Assembly (NCBI GenBank): GCA_038253555.1
Contig: JBBSGZ010000004.1
Span: forward strand, 1 to 63,637
Length of the DNA: 63,637 nucleotides
From: Thermoanaerobaculia bacterium
GTDB lineage: Bacteria; Acidobacteriota; Thermoanaerobaculia; UBA5066; Gp7-AA6
Direction: 5' to 3'
The notes under the pieces are model-generated. The model made no database searches. It was not told the DNA's origin and saw only the letters and a list, made by a program, of their open reading frames with translations. Both the position numbers and the translations under genes were made by a program. Shown here piece after piece: positions 28,758-36,880 of this stretch; position 1 is the first letter of the stretch, and each line of letters starts with the position of its first letter.

Positions 28758-29294
28758 TCATCGGGGAGCTCCAGGACGGCGTGGCAGTCCGGAGAACTCC
28801 CGGCGCATTTCGTCGGATGCGAGTCGGCGGAGCGAGGCCGCGCAGAAGAGCGCAAGCAGAAGGGCAGCGACACATCCGCTGATCCGCCAGAAGGTGAAGA
28901 GCGGGCCGTACCCGATTTCCGCCGCGCCGGCAAAGACAGCGGAACCGCGCGCCAGGGCCGAAATCTGGAAGACGGCAACCCCCACGGCGACCGCTGCCGT
29001 GACGGCGAAAATGGCGACGGCCACCGGAAGCGCCCACGGCCGGCGTCTCAGCACGCCCGCGGCCACGGCGATGAAGAGAGCGCCGGCAGCGAGGCCTCCG
29101 ACCAGGAGCGAGGTCCCATGCTGGAGGACGAAGGCCGATGCCGACGGAGCACCGTCCCGCGAAGCAGCCGCCTGCCATACCGTGAGACCCGAGATCACCC
29201 GTAAAACGAAGCGAAACGCCACGAGAGCGACGACCACGGTTCCCAGGGTCAGGAAGACCCGGCTGGAGACCGCGGAGCCGCCGACGCCCTTCAC
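28758..29294 (-). CDS. hypothetical polytopic membrane protein
   Basis: The start is GTG 29294, residue 126 of track ORF 28758..29669, which overlaps the GNAT stop (GTGA). It has 4-5 hydrophobic helices. Confidence 0.5.
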   Translation of the reverse strand: MKGVGGSAVSSRVFLTLGTVVVALVAFRFVLRVISGLTVWQAAASRDGAPSASAFVLQHGTSLLVGGLAAGALFIAVAAGVLRRRPWALPVAVAIFAVTAAVAVGVAVFQISALARGSAVFAGAAEIGYGPLFTFWRISGCVAALLLALFCAASLRRLASDEMRREFSGLPRRPGAPR

Positions 29295-29788
29295 GGCAGA
29301 CCCGCGCGCCGGCTGCGCCGCTCGAGAATGACGGTGTCGCGCCAGACTCCTCGATGACAGGCAATTCTTTCTCGCACGCCCACGTCTCGAAACCCGAGCT
29401 TCCGGTGGAGACCGAGAGACGCGCCATTTTCCTGAAAAATACTCGCCTGAAGGGTCCAGATGCCCGCCTCCTCGGAGAAATGGATCAGCGCCCGGAGGAG
29501 CGTTTCTCCGAGCCCGCGCCCGCGCGCCTCGGAGCTGACGTAGACGCTCACCTCCGCGACGCCCGCGTACACATCGCGGGAGGACACCGGGGAGAGCGCA
29601 GCCCAACCGAGGAGCCGTTCGTCTTCCCACGCCGCCAGGCGGCAATCCTTCCGATGTCCGAAATCCCATCGGGGCCAGTCGGGTGCCTCGGTCTCGAAGG
29701 TGGCCTGTCCCGTCTCAATCCCCTCGACGTAAATCTTCCGGACGGCGTCCCAGTCCGAGGGAAGCAGCGGGCGAACGGCCGCCCTCAC
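29291..29788 (-). CDS. GNAT family N-acetyltransferase (phosphinothricin/methionine-analogue acetyltransferase-like)
   Basis: The ORF is 165 aa. IYVEGIETGQATFE...WAALSPVS.R.VYAGVAEVSVYV...ARGRGLG is the PAT-type pattern. Confidence 0.8.
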   Translation of the reverse strand: MRAAVRPLLPSDWDAVRKIYVEGIETGQATFETEAPDWPRWDFGHRKDCRLAAWEDERLLGWAALSPVSSRDVYAGVAEVSVYVSSEARGRGLGETLLRALIHFSEEAGIWTLQASIFQENGASLGLHRKLGFRDVGVRERIACHRGVWRDTVILERRSRRAGLP

Positions 29789-30312
29789 CGGCGAAGGATT
29801 CCGCAGATCCTGGACATCGTGCTCCAGCTGCGCGTCGTGCCCGGGATCCCCACGACGTTTTCCGCGACGACGGCATTCGGATACAGGAGTCGTTTCGGGT
29901 CAGGCCGCCAGAACGTCAAAGCGAACCGGCCGTCGATCCGGAACAGGTTCACCTGCCAGTCGTCGCCGTCGGGCGACCGGAGAGGAAGTTCTGGAAACGT
30001 CTTCGGCGTCTTTGCCAGGACCGTGACCAGCTCTCTCACGTCCTTGCCGGGGGGCGGATCCCGGAAGGGCCGGCTCTCCTCGAGGTCGAGAATCTCCCGG
30101 GCCGAGCAGATCACGATCTCCGTCTCGAAGGGAAGCCGGCGGGAGATCTCCGCTCGCAGCGCGGAAGCCCGGATCGGCCGGAGAACCACAAATGTTCCCA
30201 CGGAGCCGACGTTGATCACCCCGAGCTCCGCCAGGTCTCTCGCGAGCGCCGCCGGCTGGAACCGCCGGTGCTTGCCGACGTTGGCCCCTCTGACGAAAAC
30301 GACCTGAGCCAT
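29785..30312 (-). CDS. DUF1697 domain-containing protein
   Basis: The start is ATG 30312, residue 57 of the track ORF. VFVRGANVGKHRRFQPAALARDL is the characteristic DUF1697 N-terminus. Its stop overlaps the GNAT start (ATGA). Confidence 0.8.
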   Translation of the reverse strand: MAQVVFVRGANVGKHRRFQPAALARDLAELGVINVGSVGTFVVLRPIRASALRAEISRRLPFETEIVICSAREILDLEESRPFRDPPPGKDVRELVTVLAKTPKTFPELPLRSPDGDDWQVNLFRIDGRFALTFWRPDPKRLLYPNAVVAENVVGIPGTTRSWSTMSRICGILRR

Positions 30313-30507
30313 CGCAAACAGTCTAGTGCGCTCTCGACCCTCCACGGTCTGCCTCGGCGCGAGGACATGGCCCGGCCGGGAAGTATCGAAGACGCCGAAG
30401 GGCAGTGGCAGCCAGAGGAAGAGACAGGACCGCGTCGATCCTCTCGAACCGCGGCTCCTGTGACAAGCGTGGCCGATCAATCCCTCCGAGCACTCGGCGA
30501 ACGGTAA

Positions 30508-31569
30508 CTAGTCGCGGAGCTTCTCCCCTTCGGATCTGGCGGGCTTCCAGGTCGCGTCCCGATTGAGCCCGAGTCGCTGCTGGCTCTCCGGAGAAGAACC
30601 GGCGGGGGCGTGGCCGGAGGAAAGCTGCACCTCCCGCCACTTGAGCTTCCAGTCCGCGACGCGGTGCCCTGGCGGCTGATATCCGAATGCGCGGTACTCG
30701 CCCGGTTCGACCCTGCCCTTTGCCGCGACGTGCTGAACGAACCGGTCGGTCCAGGCATCGAAGGGGCCGTAGACGTTTTCGCGGTCCATGTTCTCGGCCT
30801 GATTGTCGCTGTATTTCTTTCCATGACCGAAGAGCTGGTACGCCCAGAGCGCATCGGGGACTTCAATTCCGCTGTAGCGGCACTGCCATACGAGGGGAGC
30901 GTAGAGGTCGCGGTCGTCGCCTGGCTCTCCCGAGGGATCGAACCACTCCGGGTGCCGCAACTTCCGGGGCCGGCCGTCGCTGTCGAGCTCGTCGCCTCCG
31001 CCGTCGCCGTAACAGAAGAATGCGGCGGTGCGGCCCTCGAGGTGCCGCTGCGAGAGCTTCTCCCACTCCGGCGAGTGATCGAGCTTTATGGCGAGCTCCG
31101 GGTTCTTGTGCTCGATCAGGTCTTCGCGAGGGTTGCCCCCGTCCATGCACACGAGCCGGTCGAACATCAGCTTCAAGTTGCTCGTGGGCCCGTACCAGTT
31201 GGCGGGTCCAATCACCGCCCAGGCATCGGCGAGGTCGAGCCGGGCGTAGAGGTCGAGGTCCCACATCAGGTCGGGTTCCTTCGAGTTGTTCTTCTCGTAG
31301 CAGTTGCAGGGCCAGACACAGAGCGCCATGGACGTAGACACGCACGCGTTGCAGCCTTGGATCCTGGGGCGCCCGTAGACGTTGCCGAGGTCCTCGTAGT
31401 CGACCTCCCACTCCGGGGGAAGCCGGTCCGCCATCCGAAGCATGAGGGCTCTCGACTTGGAATCGACGCCGGGGCAGTTGTACTCGCGGCGTCCGGAGCC
31501 CGAGAGAACGAGGACCCGGAACGGGCGTTCCGCGGTCGGTAGATTTCCGTTCTGGTCGTCGGGTTTCAT
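30508..31569 (-). CDS. flavodoxin-like fold / NAD(P)H-dependent FMN reductase-like protein with Cys cluster (iron-sulfur flavoprotein-like)
   Basis: RVLVLSGSGRRE is a flavodoxin-like P-loop. The Cys cluster is CNACVSTSMALCVWPCNC. The start lies 1 nt after the stop of the upstream DUF547 frame. Confidence 0.6.
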   Translation of the reverse strand: MKPDDQNGNLPTAERPFRVLVLSGSGRREYNCPGVDSKSRALMLRMADRLPPEWEVDYEDLGNVYGRPRIQGCNACVSTSMALCVWPCNCYEKNNSKEPDLMWDLDLYARLDLADAWAVIGPANWYGPTSNLKLMFDRLVCMDGGNPREDLIEHKNPELAIKLDHSPEWEKLSQRHLEGRTAAFFCYGDGGGDELDSDGRPRKLRHPEWFDPSGEPGDDRDLYAPLVWQCRYSGIEVPDALWAYQLFGHGKKYSDNQAENMDRENVYGPFDAWTDRFVQHVAAKGRVEPGEYRAFGYQPPGHRVADWKLKWREVQLSSGHAPAGSSPESQQRLGLNRDATWKPARSEGEKLRD

Positions 31570-31570
31570 C

Positions 31571-32490
31571 TCAGCGCAACCGATCGCGCAAAGCGTCTAT
31601 GCCCTGACGAATCCGGGAGTAATGGCGTCCCTCGCCGCCCTGATCGTTCAAACCCCAGTCGTAGGTTTTGTAGGAGATCTTGTAGTCCTTTCCTTTCAGA
31701 AAATCGCGATACTTCTGCGGCGCGTGGCGGGCGAGGGCCGTCTGGACTCCTCCGGCCTTGTCGAAGTCCCCGGCGTTCCACTCGAAGACCCGGGAGATCT
31801 CGACCTTCTTTTCGTCGGCTTTGAACGTGTTGAGATCCTCCGGGCCAGCCACGCGGCCATGCGGTGGTTCATCTGGTCCTCGATCTTCGCGGCGCCGAAG
31901 GCTTCGCGCGCGAGCGGGGGGCAAGAACGGGACGCGCACGAGATGAGCGCGTGGATGCGATATCCTCCGATCGAGGCCAGGCTGTTTTTCTCTATGTCGT
32001 CGAGGGAGACCTTCTCGCCGCCGACGGTGAACCGCTTGTCGGTGAACGCATGCTTCGTCCCGCGGATGCTCGAGGTCGGATAATTCTCGAGCATCCATGA
32101 GACCGTCAGCGCGTTGTACGCGTTTGCGAGCGCGGAGATCCTCTCGACGCCTCCGGCCGCGGGGTTTGGCTTGCGGCCGATCGCTTCGACGTATCGCCGG
32201 AGGGCGTCCCGGTCGGTGGAATCGTTTTTCCAGCGCCCATAGTCGATCATTCCCTTCTCGTCGACGTATTTCTCGAGAAGCCGCGCCCATGGCGCGCTGC
32301 TGATCTCGGCGTTGATCGATACGGCATGCGCCTTCTGATCTTTGCCTTTGTCCTTGTCCTTGTCCTTGTCCTTGTCCTTGTCGGCGTCCTGCTTCTTGTT
32401 CGCGCAGCCGGCGAGGAACGCGGCGAGAAGAACGATCGCGATCGCGCCATGCCGCGCCGAGGACTTGTTGAGTGACTTCTGGAAGGTCAT
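31571..32490 (-). pseudogene. DUF547 domain lipoprotein interrupted by a frameshift (pseudogene or assembly indel)
   Basis: The N-terminal two thirds lie in the frame of track ORF 31696..33168 (MTFQKS...lipobox LAGC...ISCASRSCPPL...HRMAAWLA). The conserved C-terminus (GPEDLNTF...ISRVFEWNAGDF...YKTYDWGLN) lies in the frame of track ORF 31571..32650. The switch is near 31840-31850. Confidence 0.75.
32345..32383. repeat. hexanucleotide tandem repeat (TCCTTG)n encoding (DK)n
   Basis: There are five perfect units at 32351-32380 plus imperfect flanks. It lies inside the DUF547 gene and translates to DKDKDKDKDKDK just after the lipobox. Confidence 0.85.
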
Positions 32491-33353
32491 CGAGTCGGCC
32501 CCACTTTCTTCTTCTTGAGCTCCTTCCGGGCGATCCGCGCGAGCCACACGGTGACAGCCGCCGTCGCGAGCACGCCCGCGCCGAGGAAGACCCACTGGAC
32601 GGGACTCTTTCCCTGACTCGAGCCGTGACCGGCCGCGCCGATTGCGACATAGAGAATCGTCCCCGGAAGCATTCCGATCCAGCTCGCGAGGAGATACGGC
32701 AGAAAACGCACGGCGGTCAGACCGTAGAGGTAGTTGGAGAGGCTGAAGGGCACGATCGGCGAGAGGCGCAGCAGCCCGACGACTTTCCAGCCGTTCTCCC
32801 CGATCGCCCGGTCGATGGCCGCGAACCGCGCGTTCCCGCGGGCGAGCTTCTGCGCGCGCTCCCGGGCTGCATACCGGGAGATCAGAAATGCGAGCGCGGC
32901 CGCCGCGGTCGAGGCGACGGAGACGATGACGGTGCCCCAGACGATGCCGAACGTCAGACCTGCCGCCAGAGTGAGAGCGGCTCCGGGCACAAAAAGCAGC
33001 GCCGCAACCACGTAGGCGGCGCCGAACACCACCCCTCCGAGGACGCCCATGCCGTCGATCCAACCCTGGAAGGCGCGTATCCAGTCGGCGACCGGCAGAA
33101 GCCGCCAGGCCGCGAAGAGGGCCGCCGCCACCACGCCGGCGCCGACCCATTTCCACACGGGGGACCATCCGCGCTTACGGGTACGGGTCGCCTGGAACGA
33201 ACCTTTCCGTTTCGCGGCCGAACGGCCGCTCACGCGGGGCTCCGGGATGACAGGGGCAAACACAACATCTTCCTTGTTACGACCGCGGGGTGTGTGTTGG
33301 ATCCATCCTTGCTCCCTCTGGCTCGTGACAGGCCCACGGTATGGCGATTGCAC
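32487..33353 (-). CDS. TVP38/TMEM64 (DedA-related) family membrane protein
   Basis: It carries LFVPGAALTLAAGLTFG and RLSPIVPFSLSNYLYGLT motifs. The likely true start is GTG 33233, with GGAG 9 nt upstream. Its stop overlaps the DUF547 start (ATGA). Confidence 0.8.
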   Translation of the reverse strand: MQSPYRGPVTSQREQGWIQHTPRGRNKEDVVFAPVIPEPRVSGRSAAKRKGSFQATRTRKRGWSPVWKWVGAGVVAAALFAAWRLLPVADWIRAFQGWIDGMGVLGGVVFGAAYVVAALLFVPGAALTLAAGLTFGIVWGTVIVSVASTAAAALAFLISRYAARERAQKLARGNARFAAIDRAIGENGWKVVGLLRLSPIVPFSLSNYLYGLTAVRFLPYLLASWIGMLPGTILYVAIGAAGHGSSQGKSPVQWVFLGAGVLATAAVTVWLARIARKELKKKKVGPTR

Positions 33354-34144
33354 TGGGTCGTTTCATGTTGAAACACACCGCCCGATTCCTCGCCCTCGCG
33401 TGCCTTCTCGTGCCGGCGTGCGCGACGCACATCCCGCCGCCATCGACCGCCGCCGTCCAGCAGGATGCCGAGTCGCCGGAGAAAGCCTGGGCGCGTGTGC
33501 TCTCGAAACACGTCAACGACAGGGGACAGATCGACTTCGCCGCCATAGCGAAAGACCCGTCCGACCTCGGAACGTATCTCGCGTGGGTCGCCCGGGTGAG
33601 CCCCGACTCCAGTCCGGACTCCTTTCGGACAAATGAAGCGAAGCTCGCTTACTACGTCAATGCTTACAACGCGCTCGCGATCTACGACGTGATTCATTCG
33701 AACTTACCGGGCGACATCGACAAGGTGAAGAAGATGTTCTTCTACACGAATCGGTTCAAGATGGGCGGGCGGTACATCTCCCTCTATGGCCTCGAGAACT
33801 CGACGATTCGTCCGATTGGCGATCCCAGAGTTCACTTCGCGATCAACTGCATGGCCAGGAGCTGTCCGCGCCTGCCCCGGGAGCCGTTCCAGGGCGACAC
33901 CCTGGACGCGACCTTCGCTCGGGACGCGAGGTATTTCTTCGCGGAGGAGCGAAACGTCTCTCTCGAGCCCGCAAAGAAGACCGTGCGGCTCTCGTCGATT
34001 CTCCAGTTCTATGAGAAGGACTTCCTGAAGAAGGCGCCGTCGCTCATCGCGTATGCCAATCAGTTTCGTAACGAGAAGATCCCGGGCGACTGGAAAGTCG
34101 AATTCATCCCTTACGACTGGAAACTCAACAAGCAATCGAAGTAA
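33341..34144 (+). CDS. DUF547 domain-containing lipoprotein (intact paralogue)
   Basis: A lipobox is present (LLVPAC). AINCMARSCPRL and the C-terminal IPYDWKLN match the split copy. The start may instead be ATG 33365. Confidence 0.8.
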   Translation: MAIALGRFMLKHTARFLALACLLVPACATHIPPPSTAAVQQDAESPEKAWARVLSKHVNDRGQIDFAAIAKDPSDLGTYLAWVARVSPDSSPDSFRTNEAKLAYYVNAYNALAIYDVIHSNLPGDIDKVKKMFFYTNRFKMGGRYISLYGLENSTIRPIGDPRVHFAINCMARSCPRLPREPFQGDTLDATFARDARYFFAEERNVSLEPAKKTVRLSSILQFYEKDFLKKAPSLIAYANQFRNEKIPGDWKVEFIPYDWKLNKQSK

Positions 34145-34243
34145 GCGCCCCCGTCGGACCGACGGCCGCCTTTCCCTTGAAGAAGCCGAGCGCAGGAGCG
34201 GACGGGGCGCGCGGTCCTGTATTCTGGCGCTCTTCGACGAAGA

Positions 34244-35683
34244 GTGAGGTCGACTATCTACAATGTCGTCGTCATCGGAGCAGGGACGGCAGGGCTCGTC
34301 ACCGCCGCGGGCACCCGGGGCCTCGGTGGCCGAGTCGCTCTGATCGAGCGTGGCGAAATGGGCGGCGAATGCCTGAACACCGGGTGCGTGCCTTCGAAGG
34401 CTTTGATTTCCTCCACCCGGCTGATCGATCACATTCGGCGGGCGGAGGAATGGGGGCTCGACTCCACCACGCCGACCTTCCGATTCGAGGGGGTCATGGC
34501 TCGCATGCGCGAGCGCCGCGCCGCTCTCGCGCCGAACGATTCCCAGGAGCGGTTCGAAAAGTTGGGGATCGACGTGTTTCGCGGCCCGGCGAAATTTCTC
34601 TCGCCCCACGAGGTGCGGGTCGGAACGGCGACGTTGAAGGCCCGCAACTTTGTGATCGCCACGGGAAGCCGGCCATCGGTTCCCCCGATCGAGGGTCTGG
34701 AGGGCGTCGGTTTTTTCACGAACGAGACGGTGTTCGACAAGCTGGTCGAGCGGCCGGACCGGCTGGCGATCCTGGGGGGAGGACCGATCGGCTGCGAGCT
34801 CGGACAGGCATTCGCCCGCCTCGGGATTCGCGTGACGATTGTCCAGCGGTCACCTCAGATCCTGGAGAAGGAAGACCCGGATGCGGCTGGAGTCGTTCGA
34901 CGGCAACTCGAAGCCGACGGAGCCACCATTCTGGCGGGGGCGAGCGTTCGAGCGACCGCTTCGAAAAACGGCTCGATCGTTCTCTCGATCGACGGCGGTG
35001 ACGGAGAGGATCGGCCGGTCCCCTGCGATGCGGTGCTCGTGGCCGCCGGCCGCGCGCCGAACGTAGAGGGTCTCGATCTGGAATCGGCCGGAGTTCGTTA
35101 CTCGAAAGACGGAGTGACCGTCAACCGACACCTGCAGACGTCGCAGTCACACATCTACGCGGCCGGAGACGTGGTGGGACCTTATCGTTTCACTCATGTC
35201 GCGGACCTCCACGCCCGCACCGTGGTCCGGAACATTCTCTTTCCGTGGCTCCAGGCGAAATGCGACGACGCGATCGTCCCCTGGTGCACGTACACCTCGC
35301 CGGAGGTGGCGCGCGTCGGATGGAACGAAACCGACGCGCGTGCGAAGGGGATCGAGTACGACGTCTTCACTCAGCCTGTGGCGGAAATCGACCGGGCCGT
35401 GCTCGAGAGCGAAGAAATCGGCTTCGCGAAAGTCCTGACGCGGAAGGGGACAGACCGCATCCTCGGAGTCACGATCGTCAGCGAGCGCGCTGGCGACCTG
35501 CTCGCCGAGTTCGTGTTGGCGATGAAGACCGGCACCGGGCTGAGCGGGATCGGGCGCACGATCCACTCCTACCCGACGTTCTCCGAGATCGCCCGAAAAG
35601 TCGCGGATCAACGGCAGAAGACCCGCCTGACACCCGTCGCAAAGAAGATCTTCGGATTCCTCTACGCTTTCAACCGCCGGTGA
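34244..35683 (+). CDS. FAD-dependent pyridine nucleotide-disulfide oxidoreductase (mercuric reductase/dihydrolipoyl dehydrogenase-like, no metal-binding N-domain)
   Basis: The ORF starts at GTG. The FAD motif is VVVIGAGTAG, the redox-active disulfide is CLNTGCVPSK, and the C-terminal His-Glu dyad is HSYPTFSE. Confidence 0.9.
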   Translation: MRSTIYNVVVIGAGTAGLVTAAGTRGLGGRVALIERGEMGGECLNTGCVPSKALISSTRLIDHIRRAEEWGLDSTTPTFRFEGVMARMRERRAALAPNDSQERFEKLGIDVFRGPAKFLSPHEVRVGTATLKARNFVIATGSRPSVPPIEGLEGVGFFTNETVFDKLVERPDRLAILGGGPIGCELGQAFARLGIRVTIVQRSPQILEKEDPDAAGVVRRQLEADGATILAGASVRATASKNGSIVLSIDGGDGEDRPVPCDAVLVAAGRAPNVEGLDLESAGVRYSKDGVTVNRHLQTSQSHIYAAGDVVGPYRFTHVADLHARTVVRNILFPWLQAKCDDAIVPWCTYTSPEVARVGWNETDARAKGIEYDVFTQPVAEIDRAVLESEEIGFAKVLTRKGTDRILGVTIVSERAGDLLAEFVLAMKTGTGLSGIGRTIHSYPTFSEIARKVADQRQKTRLTPVAKKIFGFLYAFNRR

Positions 35684-35753
35684 TCGACCGGACCACCTAC
35701 CCTCGATCAGGATCGGATCGTCCGCGACCGCCAGGGGATCGCCGGGTTTTTAC

Positions 35754-36875
35754 TTACCGCTTCTCGATCGGGACCCAGGGCTGCGGGTACGCGGGGCCGG
35801 TGTAATCCGCGCGGGGTCGGATGAGCCGGTTGTGGGCGTACTGCTCGAGGACGTGGGCGGTCCAGCCGGAAATCCGCGAGACGGCGAAGATGGGCGTGAA
35901 GAGGTCCGCCGGAATGCCGAGCATCGCGTAAACGGAAGCGGAGTAGAAATCTACGTTCGCGTTCAACTTCTTTTCGTCGCGGATGATGTTCTCGATCCGC
36001 CGGGACATGTCGTAGAGAGAGGTATCGCCGGAAGCCCGGGCGACCTCCTCGGACATGGCGCGCAGGTGGGTGGCGCGGGGATCTTCGGTCGTATAGACCC
36101 GATGCCCGAAGCCCATGATCTTTTCCTTGCGGGCGAGCCGCCCGTGGAGGTCCTCATCGACGCGGTCCAGAGACCCCATCGCCTGCAGCATTTTCAGGAC
36201 CGCCTCGTTCGCGCCACCGTGCAGCGGGCCCTTCAGGGTGCCGATCGCCGAGGTGATCGCGGAATGGATGTCCGAAAGCGTGCCGGCGGTCACGCGCGCG
36301 GCGAAGGTCGACGCGTTCAATTCGTGGTCGGCGTGGAGAATCAGCGCCACGTCGAGCGCTCTGACGGCCGCGGACCTCGCCGTCTCGCCGTTCAACATCC
36401 GAAGAAAGTCTTCCGCGTGGCCGCGCGCCGGATCGGGCGGCACGGGGGCCTTGTTCTGGCGCATGCGGTGAAACGCGGCGACGATCGTCGCGAGTTGTCC
36501 GGTCAGGCGGACCGCTTTCCGGCGGTTGGCCTCCGGCGACATGTCCGCCGCGTCCGGGTCGGTGGCGGACAGGGCCGAAACGGCCGTGCGGAGGGCGTCC
36601 ATGGGGATCGACTTCGACGCCAGCCGTTCGAGAAGCTGGAGCGTCTCGCCGGGGACCGGCCTTTCGCGGCCGATCTCGCCGCGAGCGCGGGCTAGCTCGT
36701 CGATGCGCGGGAGACGCCCTTCCCAGAGAAGGAAGCACACCTCTTCGAAGCTCGAATTGTCCGCCAGGTCGTGAATGTCGATCCCGCGGTAGGACAGGAT
36801 TCCGCGGTCTCCGTCGATGTAGCAGATCGACGAATCGGCCGCGACGACGTCCTGAAGACCTTCGACTTCCACCAT
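35754..36875 (-). CDS. gltA: citrate synthase
   Basis: The start is ATG 36875, residue 22 of the track ORF, 5 nt after the pckA stop. Conserved blocks are ILSYRGIDIHDL, LILHADHELNAST and MGFGHRVYTTEDPR. Confidence 0.9.
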   Translation of the reverse strand: MVEVEGLQDVVAADSSICYIDGDRGILSYRGIDIHDLADNSSFEEVCFLLWEGRLPRIDELARARGEIGRERPVPGETLQLLERLASKSIPMDALRTAVSALSATDPDAADMSPEANRRKAVRLTGQLATIVAAFHRMRQNKAPVPPDPARGHAEDFLRMLNGETARSAAVRALDVALILHADHELNASTFAARVTAGTLSDIHSAITSAIGTLKGPLHGGANEAVLKMLQAMGSLDRVDEDLHGRLARKEKIMGFGHRVYTTEDPRATHLRAMSEEVARASGDTSLYDMSRRIENIIRDEKKLNANVDFYSASVYAMLGIPADLFTPIFAVSRISGWTAHVLEQYAHNRLIRPRADYTGPAYPQPWVPIEKR

Positions 36876-36880
36876 CCGAA

